64,000 nucleotides of DNA from the human T2T-CHM13v2.0 reference genome, Homo sapiens (GCF_009914755.1 NC_060931.1), one strand, 5' to 3'; shown: positions 13,986 to 35,926, counted from the stretch's first letter. Program-made: numbers and translations. Notes: generated from the letters alone by a model not told the origin.

Positions 13986-14111
13986 AAACAGATGCAGTTG
14001 AGTTTTTTTTTTTTTAATTAGGAGAATGCAATGAATACCTTTATGCTAACAAATTTGAAAACTTAGATGAAATGAATAATTTTATAGAAAAAGACTACTA
14101 AAATGGACCCA

Positions 14112-14620
14112 CAGCCTGGGCAACATAGTGAGACCCCCATCTCTACAAAAAATCAAAAAAGTTGCTGGGTGTGGTGGTGTACCGCTGTGTTTGGGAGGTG
14201 TACTCAAGAGGCTGAAGTGGGAAGACCGATGGGGCCGAGGAGTTCAAGGCTGCAGTGAGCTATGATCACCCCACTGCACTCCAGCCTGGACAACAGACCA
14301 AGACCCTGTTTCAAAAAATAAAATCTCCCAGCAGTTTGGGAGGCCAAGGCGGGTGAATCACCTTAGGTCAGGAGTTTGAGACCAGCCTGGCCAACATGGT
14401 GAAACCCTGTCTCTACTAAAAACACAAAGAAAATTAGTCAGGCATGGTGACACACGCCTGTAATCCCAGCTACTCGGGAGGCTGAGGCAGGAGAATCACT
14501 TGAACCCAGGAGGCAGAGAGGTTGCAGTGAGCTGAGATCAGTCAGAGGTTGCAGTGAGCTGAGATCATGCCATTGCACTCCAGCCTAGGCGACAGAGCAA
14601 AATAAAATAAAATAAAAAAT
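14112..14620 (+). mobile_element. Two tandem 5'-truncated Alus (J-type 14112-14322, S-type 14326-14620)
   Basis: Alu monomer motifs; the second has an internal 24-bp duplication. Confidence 0.85.
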
Positions 14621-15192
14621 AGAGCCAAGAAGATCTTTTAAATATGAAATAAATCAACAACTATTAAAGAAATTGAACTGGCAATCAAAAGTTCTCCCAC
14701 AACCACTCCCACACCTCCCCCACCCCTCGCCCCCACCATACACACAGACAAAAGACAGATTGTTTTCCAGGCAAGTTACAACAAAGCTTTGAAGAATAGA
14801 AAGCCCTCATTTTATGAAAACAGTTTCAGAGACTAGAAAAAGGGGGGAAGGTATTGAAAGAACTTGATAAAGTTAGTATAATCAGGAAGCCCAAACCAGA
14901 GCCTCATGGTGCCACCAGGAGAGAAGGTCCTAGCACCTTTGTTCTATCAGCTGGGGCTCTGCCTGTCACGCTGGAAACAAAGGTTTCAATTACACAGAGT
15001 AACTGTCAGGAAAAGGCAGGTTAGCTGTTGGCTGTCTTTCACATCAAACTATGTGTTAAAGTGGCAACTTTCTTTACTCCGCACGGATCTCACACTAGAC
15101 CTAGATGAGGCTGGGCCAGAAGCAGGAATTTCAAAGAGGAGCTTTACCAAATGCATCCTGGTTTATGTAAATGCAGGTGCCAATAATATCAC

Positions 15193-16392
<1,200 letters not shown>

Positions 16393-16688
16393 TTAAAAGA
16401 ACTTTATAAAGAACAGTATAAAACATGATCAGAAAAAAATATTTTTAAAAGCATCCAGAAATTATATCAAGCATACCTGGTCTTGTTGTACTTTGCTTTA
16501 TTGTGTTTTGTGGATACTGCATTTTTACAAATTGAAGATTTGTGGCAACCCTGCATGAAGCAAGTCTATTTGAGTCACTTTTCCAACAGCATTTGCTCAC
16601 TTTGTGTCGCTGTCACAGTTTGGTAATTTCCCCAATATTTTGAACTTTTTCATTATTATTATGTGTTATAATAATCCATGATCAGTGA

Positions 16689-17018
<330 letters not shown>

Positions 17019-17655
17019 TAATTGTTTTGGGGCACCAAAAACCACGCCCATATGACAGCAAACATACTCTGTACATGTTGTTCATGTTCTGACTGCCCCA
17101 CCAACTGGCCTTTCCCTGTCTCTCTCCCTCTCATTGGGCCTCCCTCTCCCCTGAGAAACAACAATGTTGAAATTAGGCCAATTAATAACCCTACAATGGC
17201 CTCTAAGTGCGCAAGTGAAAGGAAGAGTCACACATCTCTCACTCAAAATGAAAAGCTAGAAATGATTGAGCTTAGTGAGGAAGGTGTGCTGAACGCCAAG
17301 ACGGGCTGAAAGCTTGGCCCCTTGCACAAGGTAGCCAAGTTGTGAATGCAAAGGAAAATTTCCTTCCTCTCTTGAAGGAAATTAAAAATGCCGCTCCAGT
17401 GAACACAGGAATGATAAGACAGGGAAACAGCCTTATTGCTGATATGGAGAAAATCTGAGTGGCCTGGATAGAAGATCAAACCAGCCACAACATTCCTTTA
17501 AGACAATTCCTAACCCAGAGCAAGGCCCTAACTGTCTTCAATTCTATGAAGATGGAGAGGTGAAGAAGCTGCAGAAAAAAAAAGCTGGAAGTGAGTAGAG
17601 GTTGGTTCATGAGGTTTAAGGAAAGAAGCTGTCTCCATAACATAAAAGTGCAAGG

Positions 17656-18019
<364 letters not shown>

Positions 18020-18261
18020 TCAAGAAGATCTAGCTAGAATCACTGATTAAAGTGGTTACACCAACCAACAGATTTGCAGTGTAGAGAAAACAGCCTTTCA
18101 TTGAAAGAAGATGCCATCCAGGACTTTCATAGCTACAGAGGAGAAGTCAATGCCTGGCTTCAAAGTTTCAAAGGACAGGCTGGCTCTCTTGTTAGGGGCT
18201 AATGCAGCTGGGGACTTTAAGTTGAAGTCAATCCTGAAAATCCTGGGGTCCTTAAGAATGA

Positions 18262-18684
<423 letters not shown>

Positions 18685-19089
18685 TTATAAAAAAAAGATT
18701 TCTTTCAAAATATTACTGCTCATTGACAATGCACCTTGTTACCTGAGAGCTCTAATGGAGATATACAATAAGACGAATGTTGTTTTCATGCCTGCTAACA
18801 CAACATCCATTTTGCAGCCCATGGATCAAGGTGTAATTTTGATTTTCAAGTCTTATTATTTAAGAAATACATTGAGTGAGACCGTAGCTGCCATAGATGG
18901 TGATTCCTCCAATGGATCTGGGCAAAATCAACTGAAAATCTGGAAAAGGTTCATGATTCCATGGCTATTAAGTACACTCAGTATTCATGGGAAGAAATTA
19001 AAATAGCAACATTAATGGAAGTTTGGAAGAAGTTGATTCCATCCCTCATTGAGGACTTTAAATGGTTCAAGACTTTACTGGAGTAAGTA

Positions 19090-19127
19090 TTTGGCTGGTG
19101 CAAAAGTAACTGCTGTTTTGCCATTAC
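19090..19127. mobile_element. Half MADE1 (Hsmar1-derived MITE)
   Basis: tttggctggtgcaaaagtaactgctgttttgccattac matches one arm of MADE1, inserted after a TA. Confidence 0.75.
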
Positions 19128-19289
19128 AAGTGCAGATCCGTGGTGGAAATAGCAAGAGAACTAGATACAGATGTGGTAGAAATAGCAAGAGAACTAGAAT
19201 TGCAGATGTGGTGGAAATAGCAAAAGAACTAGAATTAGAAGTGGAGCCTGAAGATGTGATGGAATTGCTGCAATCTCATGATCAAACTT

Positions 19290-20518
<1,229 letters not shown>

Positions 20519-20599
20519 AGTGGATGAAGAGTTGTTCCCTATGGATGAGCAAAGAAAGTGATTTCTTAAAATGGAACCTACTCCTGATGAAGACATTGT

Positions 20600-21528
<929 letters not shown>

Positions 21529-21891
21529 CTGTAAACTTTGTTGAAATGACAACAGAGGATTTATTAATAGCACAGTATCATGAATAAACTCAACATAAAC
21601 TTAGTTGATAAAGCAGCAGCAGAGTTTGAGAGGATTGGCTCCAATTTTGAAAGAAGTTCGACAATGGGTAAAACACTATCAAACAGCACCATATGCTACG
21701 CAGTAATTTTTTGTGAAAGGAAGAGTCCATCAAGGCAGCAAACTTCATTGCGGTCTTATTTTAATAAATTGCCACAGCCAGCCCAGCCTTCAGCAACCAC
21801 CACCCTGCTCAGTCAGCAGCCATCAACATCGAAGCCAGACTCTCCACCAGCAAAGAGATTATGACTTGATTAAGGCTCGGATGATCATTAG

Positions 21892-22252
<361 letters not shown>

Positions 22253-22604
22253 TAAATATACATATATATATATTCTAAAATTCTATTGTGCACTTAATAG
22301 ACTATAATATAGGATAAACAAATTTTGTCTGCACTGGGAAACCAAAACATTTGCATGACTTGTTTTATTGAGGTGGCCTGGAACTGAACCTATGATATCT
22401 CTGAGGTATGCCTGTACGAGCTTGGGAATCCTTAATATAATAAATTCTCTTCCAACATAATATGATATAATCTATAATTATACATAATAATATAATAATT
22501 ATAGTAGTAGGATAGACTAATTCTCTCCAATTAATTTATAAATTGAATTCAATCCCAAGATGGTTTATCAAGGAACTTTCAAAGCTTATTAAAAATGTTA
22601 TATG

Positions 22605-23142
<538 letters not shown>

Positions 23143-23149
23143 AATGGAT

Positions 23150-23657
23150 AAGACTCAGAAATAGCCAAGTGGAAGAGGTGCCGAGGGTGGGGTATGGGGA
23201 GCGGCGTGGAGCTTCCAGCCCTCTTCTAGGCCCACCATCCTCCCAGCACCTCCATGTGTCCATCTACCCAGAAGCTCTCTGAACATCATCCTTTAGGGTT
23301 TTTATGGAGGTCCCATTACATGTGCATGATAGGTAAATCTTTGGCTATCGATGATTAGCTCAATCTCCAGTCCCTCTCCCCTCTCAAGGTGAGTGGGGGG
23401 CTGGGGGAGTGAGGCTGAAAGTTCCCACCCTCTAATCACAGGGTTGGCTCTTCTGACGACCAGCCCCCATCCTGAAGCTATCTAGGGGCCCACCAAGAGT
23501 CACCTTATTAGCATGAACTCAGGTATGGTTGAAAGAAGTTTGTCATAAATAACGAAAGAAGCTCCACTACCGCTATCACTCAGGAAATTGCAAGGATTTT
23601 AGAAGCTCTGTGTCAGGAACCATAGGAAGACCAAATATATATTTCTTACTGTGTCAC
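23150..23657 (-). mobile_element. MER21-type LTR
   Basis: cccagaagctctctgaac...gctgaaagttcccaccctctaatcac...caaatatatatttctt. Confidence 0.8.
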
Positions 23658-23749
23658 CATGCGCTGTAGGAGCTCCTACACAGCTTCATAGTAACACAGG
23701 TCCAAGAAAGTCCATTGCATTATTGTTTCTAATAATTCCCAAATGCTCT

Positions 23750-24129
23750 GTCAGTAATGATAACATAATGTTCAGCTGCTAGTGATGGAAGTGTATCTCT
23801 AGAAAGGTTTATTCTCTCAAGTTAAAAAAAAAAGTTGAGGCCTGGTGCAGTGGCTCACGCCTGTAATCCCACCCCTTTGGGAGCCCAAGGCAGGTGGATT
23901 GAGATCAGGAGTTCGAGACCAGCCTGGCCAACATGGTGAAACCCCATCTCTACTAAAAATACAAAAATTAGCTGGGTGTGTTGGTGGGTGCCTGTAATCC
24001 CAGCTACTCAGGAGGCTGAGGCAGGGAATTGCTTGAACCCAGCAGGTGGAGGTTGCAGTGAGCCAAGATCACACCACTGCACTCCAGCCTGGGCAACAAA
24101 GTGAGACTCCGTCTCAAAAAAATAAATAA

Positions 24130-24161
<32 letters not shown>

Positions 24162-24570
24162 CAAGGCTGGGATGAAGGCTCCACAAAGTCACCAGGGACC
24201 TGGTTTCCTTCTGTCTTCCTGCTCTGTCGTACTGAGGAGGGAGGCTTCATCCTCAGCATCACTGCATGGTCTAATGTGGCTGCTGGAGCTCCAGCTATCA
24301 AATCCACATTCCAATCAACAGAAGAGGGCGAGGGAGGGAGGAAGAGCAAAAGCGAATGCCCCAGTCTGTCCCTCTTTGGAGAAGCGCTCTCATATATCCT
24401 CCCCTGAAAGTTCTGTTTATATTGTGGTGACCAGAATATATGTGTAGCCACACCTGGAAGCAAAAGAGGTAAAGAAATGTAGGCTTTTAGCTGGGCACAT
24501 TGTTGCTTTGCGTATCTGTTACTAAAGGAGGGAAAAAGTATTTGGGAAGCAACCAGTAGTCTTTGTCACT
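23750..24570 (-). mobile_element. MLT1J/K-like LTR containing AluS 23839-24161 (+) with an (AATC)n tail
   Basis: atgtggctgctggagctccagctatc...tagccacacctgg...tagctgggcacattg. Confidence 0.7.
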
Positions 24571-24579
24571 CAACTTAAA

Positions 24580-25085
24580 TATCTTTAGGAGAATGGATAA
24601 ATAAATTACAGTGTATTTGTGCGATGGAGCACTATATAGTAGTTAAAATGAAGGAAATAGAGCTACGTGAATCCACATGGATAATTCTCAGAACAAAATC
24701 TCTTGCCCGAAAAAGCGAGTTGCTGAGTTCCAACTCTACGATGCCATTCATATAAAGTTTAAAAGCCTGCAAAACAACACAATGTATCTTTGATGGCTAC
24801 ATAAAATATATATGTTGGGAAGGTATAAAAACATAAATGAAAATGAAAAATACTAAACGCAAGATGATGGTTACCTCTGGAGAGGGAGAGCAAACAGTGT
24901 GATCAGAAACAGAGACATCCAGGCTTTCGATTACTACCTGTGATGTTGTATTTCTTTAAAAGACAAGAAAAAATTTGGAGGAAACAGCAAAATGTTAAGG
25001 CTTGTAAAAGTCGAATTGTGAGTACGCAGCATTTAACCCACCATTCCCTATATGTTTCTGTATGTTCCACATTTGTCATTGTATA
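24580..25085 (+). mobile_element. L1ME-type 3' relic
   Basis: gaatggataaataaattacagtgtatt...gccattcatataaagtttaaaa. Confidence 0.65.
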
Positions 25086-25288
25086 TGAGCTAGATAAAGA
25101 AGGAGATCAAGATCATCTAGAGGCATAACTTAATGAGATGTAACCCACATATGGCGAATTCCCACCTCTCAAGGATACAGCATGATGAATCTTTACAGAG
25201 TGAATTCCTCCAGAGAAGGGTATAGAATCTAGCATCCCAGAAATTTCCTCTCAGTGGCAGCCCCAGCAAAGAAAAAACACTATTGTGA

Positions 25289-26053
<765 letters not shown>

Positions 26054-26080
26054 TGCGTTTTGTCTTTTGCAAGAAGGAAT

Positions 26081-26674
26081 TGTCAGACGTGTGTGAATGA
26101 AAGCAACTCCATCTTAAATAGGAGCTGGGTAAAATGAGGCTGAGACCAACTGGGCTGCATTCCTAGATGGTAAGGCATTCTAAGTCACAGGATGAGATAG
26201 GAGGTCAGCACAAAATATGGGCCATAAATACCTTGCTGATAAAGCAGCTTGCAGTGACGGAGCCGGCCAAAACCCACCAAAACCAAAGTGGCCACGAGAG
26301 TGACCTCTGGCCGTCCTCACTGCTACACTCCCACCAGCACCGGGAGTTTACAAATGCCATGGCAACGTCAGGATGCTGCCCTGTATGGTCTAAAAGGGGG
26401 AGGCATGAATAATCCACCCCTTGTTTAGAATATCATCCAGAAATAACCATAAAAATGGGCAACCAGCAGCCCTCGGGGCTGCTCCGTCTATGGAGCAGCC
26501 GTTCTTTATTCCTTTACTTTCTTAATAAACTTGCTTTCACTTTGCACTACGGACTAGCCCTGAATTCTTTCTTGCGCGAGATCCGAGAACCCTCTCTTGG
26601 GGTCTGGATCTGGACCCCTTTCCTGTAACATATTTACGGCGATCACAAAGGGATTAAAGTGCAGAAACCCTACA
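26081..26674 (+). mobile_element. MER41A-type LTR with 44-bp 3' extension
   Basis: tgtcag...gcaactccatcttaaatagg...ggacccctttcctgtaaca (26630); TSD GAAT at 26077-26080 and 26675-26678. Confidence 0.9.
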
Positions 26675-27364
26675 GAATCACGCCAAATCATACGGTATAT
26701 TCTCGTGAATGGCTGACTTCATTTTCTCAGCAGTATGTCTCTGGAGTTCCTCCGAAGAAGCCGTTTTCTAATCTTCAGCACTCATCCAATCAGAAGGCTG
26801 GAGCTCTGCGCTCGACATAAGGAAGAACTTCATCATTAACTCCCCGAGCCCTGCAAAGCAGCTGGGAGGGAGATCTAAGTTTTTGGAGTGGATTTCAGGA
26901 TCCTTTGTACCCACAGCTGTTTAGGGAGCCGGCGTCCTGCTGACAGCTGTAGGTGGATTTGAAAATGTTCCCAAATTCCCTCCTGGCCCTCAGTTTCCCA
27001 TTTCTCTTCCTCTCCTGATGTCGGCTCTAAATAAAGAAAAAACCAAGTGTCAGGGGCTGCAGAGAGGCTCCTGAGAATGCTCACATCTCAGCTCTCAGAC
27101 AGCTCACAAGGGGTGTTAAAATAATTAAAGCTGAAAAGGGAGATGTAGGTATTATTTTTAGACAAGCGTCTAAGGTTTACCTGTTATACGTGCCCTTCAT
27201 TCCTGTCCCTCATTCACTGCCAGCATCTTTTTTTTTTTCATTAAATAGAACAAAAATACACTTAAATTTTATGGCATGGCTAATAAAAAAAAAGGTTAAG
27301 TTGAACTCATTTCATCAAAGATTTGTGGTGGGATGACCCACTGTAGTTTTGTTGATGTGTTTGC

Positions 27365-28590
<1,226 letters not shown>

Positions 28591-28921
28591 TGCCAGCATT
28601 TTTTAACATCATCTCTTTCAAGTTGTTTTTGTCAAAAATGTTAAATTACCAAACAATGCGGCGATATGTTCTTGCAAAAGTAAAGGCTACAGATACGTGC
28701 TGATGGGTTCTCTCCACTGGTCTGGAAGCATGCAGCACTTACAAAGCGTCCTGACATGGGATCTGTTTCCTGCGTGTGCAGTGGTTGGTGGGTTACACTC
28801 TACCTGTCTGCTTCCCCATGTGTGGGAACTACAAGGTGGGCCACAGTTCCTGGTCAGCCACCACACCTAGCCAAAGACTTCCAGAGACTGCTCACAGGTC
28901 CCTGGAATCCATCCGTGAAAT

Positions 28922-29440
28922 TGTCAGAGGCATTTGAACCAGAGCACCTCCATCTTGAAGAGGAACTGGGTAAAATGCGGCTGAGACCTACTGGGCTGCA
29001 TTCCCAGATGGTTAGGCATTCTAAGTCACAGGATGAGGCAGGAGGTCAGCACAAGATACAGGACATAAAGACCTTGCTGATAAAATATGTTGCAGTAAAG
29101 AAGCCAGGCAAATCCCACCAAAACCAAGATGGCAACAAGAGTGACCTCTGGTCATTCTCACTGCTACACTCTCCCACCAGCATCATGAGTGTTTACAAAT
29201 GCCATGGTAACGTCAGGAAGTTCCCCTATACGATCTAAAAAGGAGAGGCTTGAATAGTCCACCCCTTGTTTAGCATATCTTCCAGAAATAACCATAAAAA
29301 TGGGCAACCAGCTGCCCTTGGGGCTGCTCCGTCTATGGAGCAGCCGTTCTTTATTCCTTTACTTTCTTAATAAATTTGCTTTCACTTTACGGGCTCATCC
29401 TGAATTAATTAATTAATTCTTTCTTTCTTCTTCTTCTTCT

Positions 29441-29476
<36 letters not shown>

Positions 29477-30013
29477 GAGTCTAGCTCTGTCGCCCAGGCT
29501 AGAGCTTGGCTTACTGCAACCTCTGCCTCCTGGGTTCAAGGGATTCTGCTGCCTCAGCCTCCTGAGTAGCTGGGATTACAGGTGCAGGCCACCATGACTA
29601 GCTAATTTTTGTTTTTTTTTTTGTTTGTTTGTTTTTTTTTTTAGTATAGACAGGGTTTCACCATGTTGGCCAGCCTGGTCTTGAACTCCTGAACTCAGGT
29701 GATCCACCTGTCTCGGCCTCCCAAAGTGCTGTGATGACAGGCGTGATTACAGGCGTGAGCCACCGTGCCTGGCCCACCTGGCTAATTTTTGTATTTTTAG
29801 TAGAGATGGGGTTTCACCATGTTGGTCAGGCTGGTCTCGAACTCCTGACCTCAAGTGATCCTCGGCCTCCCAACCAGGTCCAAGAACCGTCTCTGGGGGT
29901 CTTGATCAGGACCCCTTTCCTGTAATATCTTTCTGGTGTCCACAGAAGGGACTATACTGCAGAAACACCCAACCCAAAGGCTAATTTTGGGTAAGTGGTG
30001 GGATCCAGTAACA
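28922..30013 (+). mobile_element. MER41A-type LTR with 86-bp 3' extension, interrupted by antisense Alus (~29415-29871)
   Basis: tgtcagaggcatttgaaccagagc...ggacccctttcctgtaata (29927); TSD AAAT at 28918-28921 and 30014-30017. Confidence 0.9.
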
Positions 30014-32767
30014 AAATTAATGGACCGACGGAAGTCCAATCCAAACTACAAAAGTAACAGAGACTTGTATAAAACACATGCACACACAGAAACACACACT
30101 GCACGGAGCCCCACAGAGAATTCCATTTTTGAATTATTCATTTTTCACTTCCATATTGTCATTGTTTTATCTGCAGTGGAGGGAGAATTCCCTGTTGCTG
30201 GTGAAGTTCATCAGAGTCTTATATGCTATGATCGGTGGGAGGGTGGATCACAAAATATGACAGTCTGAATTTGACTGCCAGATCTATTTGCCCACGCATT
30301 TAAACCCCATTCCCAACTTAGCTAAAGAAATTATCTCATAATGGTTTTGTTTTTGCATTGTGCAAAAGGACAGCACTAATTATCCAGGTAACTCAGGGCC
30401 TCCTGAAGCTCAGAAAACATTCCTGGAAAGAACACAATGAATAGTCACCTCTGCGAGAGGGGAATGCAGAGAGCTGTGATGCTGACTGGGAGAAAAGAGG
30501 AAATGCTGCTTGCCTTAGTGAAGCCGATTCAATCTCTGTGCAAGGGAGATACTGAGCTTATTTCAACAAAGAAGCAAAAATGAGATTGAGTTCATTCCCC
30601 ATTCTGTGTAACCCAAACTGCATTCAAGGATAGTGTCTATTTGCTTGTAATTCCTCTTTGACTTGAGAAGGAAGAATCATGACTCTGGAGAAAGGAAGAA
30701 TGGAAGAGAAGCAAGGTGCTGATTAGATGCTGGCTGAATTATGGAGAGTCTGTCCAGAAGAGGGGGGAGTTGGTGTACTTGAAGATTCAGCCAAGGAGAA
30801 CAGTGGAAACCAATAAATTATTTTTGGCTTCTGAGAATAAGGACCTGTTGGTGGAAAAGGTTGGGAATGGAGTACCTGGGAAGGGAGGGAAGGGAGTGTT
30901 GTCCGATTTCGATGCAATGCCAGCATCTCTAAACTTGTAAGAGACAGCAGGCACAGTGGCCAGGACTCAGTTCCTCTGTCTGCAGCTCCCTGGGGCCACA
31001 CAATGCAGTCCAGCTTTTGCCTTTGCCACCTGGAGTTAGGAGAGAAAAGCTTCGTGTTAAAACTTGAGGCACTCGAACGTTTATCAAATCTGAGATCTGC
31101 AAGTGTGTGCCTGCACCAGGGATTAGCAAACAACAAAATGCCATTAAAAGCTAAAAACAACAACAACAACAACTCTCTTTGCAGCATGTAGGTGCCTTTG
31201 CAAAGTTCTCTCTAAGCCAAAGTTCGTGGACTTCCAATCTTGTCAAAATCACTACTAATTAATACCTTTTCACTTCCCACTGAAAGAAAAACAATTCACC
31301 ATTAAGTCAGGCAGCCTACCCATAATCACTCTAACACCTTCTATGTATGTTTTGAAACGTGCTCTCACATTTCATGATCCGTTTATTTTACAAGATGGGT
31401 AAACTGCAGACAATTATGGTGATAATACGGCTGAGGTGTTTGGTTTTTATCTGTTCGCAGTAAATTGTGGTTGTTCAAGCCTTCTCAGTAATGATTTCCA
31501 TCCCTCTCTCAATCTCTTCCTATCACCTGGCGATAAATAGAATGTTTTTAAAAAAGAATGTTAGTTTACTATCATCATTATCACCTATTCAACTAGCAAT
31601 ATAATTAAATAATTTCTTGGTAGGTATGACTCAATTAAATTAATTACACTAACAGATATTCCATGGTACACGCCTCTAAAAATATAAAGCGTATTCACTG
31701 TTGTGTGTCATTTTTCTCTGTATAGGCAGGAAGAGCTATCTGGATAATTGAGCAGGCAATTTTGCTTTTGAAAGATGCTATCAAAGTACGCAAGGATTTA
31801 ATTTCAGATTTTTTATTAGAAGACAGTGCCTTCTGCATGTAATTCTCCGCGGCTGATGCATTTCAGAGGTTCATGAGCAGCGGACACGAAGATAAAAACT
31901 GAAAGCCAGGGCTATGGGAATAGCTGGACCATCAGTGGAGTCTTGGCATCTTAGACCTGGTCTCTTGACTGCCTGTTCCTTCTGAAATGTCCTTAGGCCA
32001 CTTTGGCCAGAGGCATTCTCGGACTTATGAAAAGGGGAACCTGTAGGCTGTTTGTTGAGGTCTAAAAGGATTAAGATTTGAAGGTGACACCCCTGTTGGG
32101 ATAATCTCCCTCAAAACTCTTCTCTAAACAACTGAAGATAATATCCTTATACCTTTTGCCTGTGGTTCTCTCCAGGGGATGGTCTCAAAGTGTTCTTGAA
32201 AATGTGTTTGAAGAAAATAGGCAATGTATTAGTGTGATTTAAAGATTCCCTCCCAAAATTTTCACTTCCACGGGGCTCAGCGGGAAAATAGGGTAATGTA
32301 GAGTGAGCCTCTCTCCCTGGTGACATAGGTGGCCTCCTATTAATTAGGTTAGGGAAATGCAGAACTAACTTGCCATTTGGAGAAAGTCACATGAAATAGA
32401 CTTCTTTTTTTCCGCCTCCAGAATTTTGAATTCATTGAACATGGCCACAGCAAGAGTCATTCTTTACAATCCTCTGACATTTGAAAGTAAGAAGCTTTAG
32501 ACTTTATTCTAACGCTCTTTTACCTTCTTCCCGGTCCCTGACAACTGTCACACCAGGTCCACAGAGACAGCCACAACTCTAAAAGGGTCAGTTATATGGT
32601 AATAATGACAGCTAAGCTCCGCCAGTAGCACTCTAAATTTTGCAAAGTGGCTTTGCAAATATTAGCTCATTTGTTTATGAACCCAAGATCCCTAGCACTT
32701 AGCAGGGGTGGTGGTGGGGGTGTGACTGGGAAGTGTGTTGGATTTCATTTATCTTTTAAAATCCTAA

Positions 32768-33950
<1,183 letters not shown>

Positions 33951-34959
33951 AAAAACAAGATCAACCATAATAGGAATCAAAGCAAAGGGAAATCTACCCA
34001 TTCTTCTTTGTAGAATGTTCTCTGCCTGTCTCTCTCTCTCTGCATTAATTTCAAATCTGTATTGAGTTCCACGGGCTCTGGACAGATTTTATTTGGGTGC
34101 TATGCTTTGGGGCCAATGTGCTCTCTGTAGTGGTGCTGAAGGTCTGTTGCAGGTAACCACGTCCTGCCTCTTTTGCGATCACCCACTCTGAAATGTGATC
34201 TAGCTCCCTTCTTCTCCCATCCTTATTACTGATGGAACAGATTTATCACTGTGAGGCCAGCACAGCTGTTTCGTGACTCACGGGAATATCATATTTAGCA
34301 TGTGTTCCCTAGTGAATGTATTTATTTAGATGACACATAATATTGTTGAAAAGCCAAGTCTGCATTGCTCTTAAACCCAGCCTTATGGATGAACGCGGAG
34401 GAGTGCAAAAGGCAGAATGAGCTCATTTGGGAGAGGCAGCTGGTCAGAGAGTCCTTTTGGGTCATTCACGCAATGAGCTCACACTAGAAATCTAAACAAC
34501 AGGGAAATCGACCCTGGGTGCTGAACTACGGGGCACAAGAATAGGAAGCAGCCTTATAAAGCAGCTCATCCTAAGCATTTGTGGCTCACAAACATTGCCA
34601 CTAAGCATGGGGGACCGTTGATGGCACACCAGCCTTCTAAAGAGAAAACCACAGTCATCTACCACTTGAGTTGATAGAGTAGCATCTTGGGAATTGATAG
34701 CAGCATTATGGCTTTTATCCTCTCTTGAGGTCATCCTCTGGAAGGTAACAAGGCCATTAGCACTGAACAAGCCAGATGGCCCACTTAGCTGACAGCGGGC
34801 TCCCCTCTTAACGCCCTACCCCCCACCCCCAATTCATCTTCCCAGTCTTGGTGTTGCTGTGCCTCACTGAGCGAGGGCTCAGAACATCTCCCCAAACACA
34901 GGGTATTGGAGGGAAGGTGTGCTAATGAAGTTAATGTGTGAAAACATGAGCAACCTTCC

Positions 34960-35276
<317 letters not shown>

Positions 35277-35926
35277 TTAATATCCTTCTTGGTGATGTCT
35301 GGAGCCCGTGACTCTGCCGAGACAGCGTGCTCAGGGCCAGTCTCCAAGAGCTCCCATTTTCTTAAACACATCGCCTTGAACTTACTCACATTTGATCTCA
35401 TCTCCCTCCTTCCTTCCCACTGATACAGAGTCTTCAGATCTTTCTGTTTTCCTGTCATCCTTTGCCCAACCCTCATCCTTTCATCTGCAAACCCAGAGCT
35501 TTCTCTGCTCCCCCCAGTCCCACCTCTTCCAGCTCTTGTAAAAGAATATTAAATAAAACCAGGGCTGGCACTGATCTTTCAGAAATCTTACTCTTGACAC
35601 ATCCCTATCAAAAAAAGTCTCTGTCCCTTCATCCCTGGCATTTATTTTTTGCTCTTTAGTATTCTCTGATTGTGTCACTGTAGCTCCCATTTCAATCAAT
35701 TGGTAGTTCAATTATCTCCAAATTCCTCGAAGTCATGAAAGTTCAAGTAGGTATTTTTCAAACTTTTTTGCAGCAGTGAAACCCTGTTACCCTGCTGTTG
35801 TGCTACCACTAGACATCCAGAAGAGTGTGAATTTGTAGATTAAGACCAGAAAAAGTACTCGAGCATCTTGTAGCTGATTGTGAATATCAGCCCAGGGAAT
35901 GTGCAACACAGAAAACAGCCCTTTCA

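Larger units (their letters stand above)
13270..14900 (+). mobile_element. Old L1M fragments (ORF1 C-terminus and ORF2 relics), interrupted by Alus
   Basis: ORF 13060-13491 contains ILYPAKLSF...FSDIQQIREF, matching the L1 ORF1p C-terminus; ORF2-like tatgctaacaaatttgaaaacttagatgaaatg. Confidence 0.8.
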
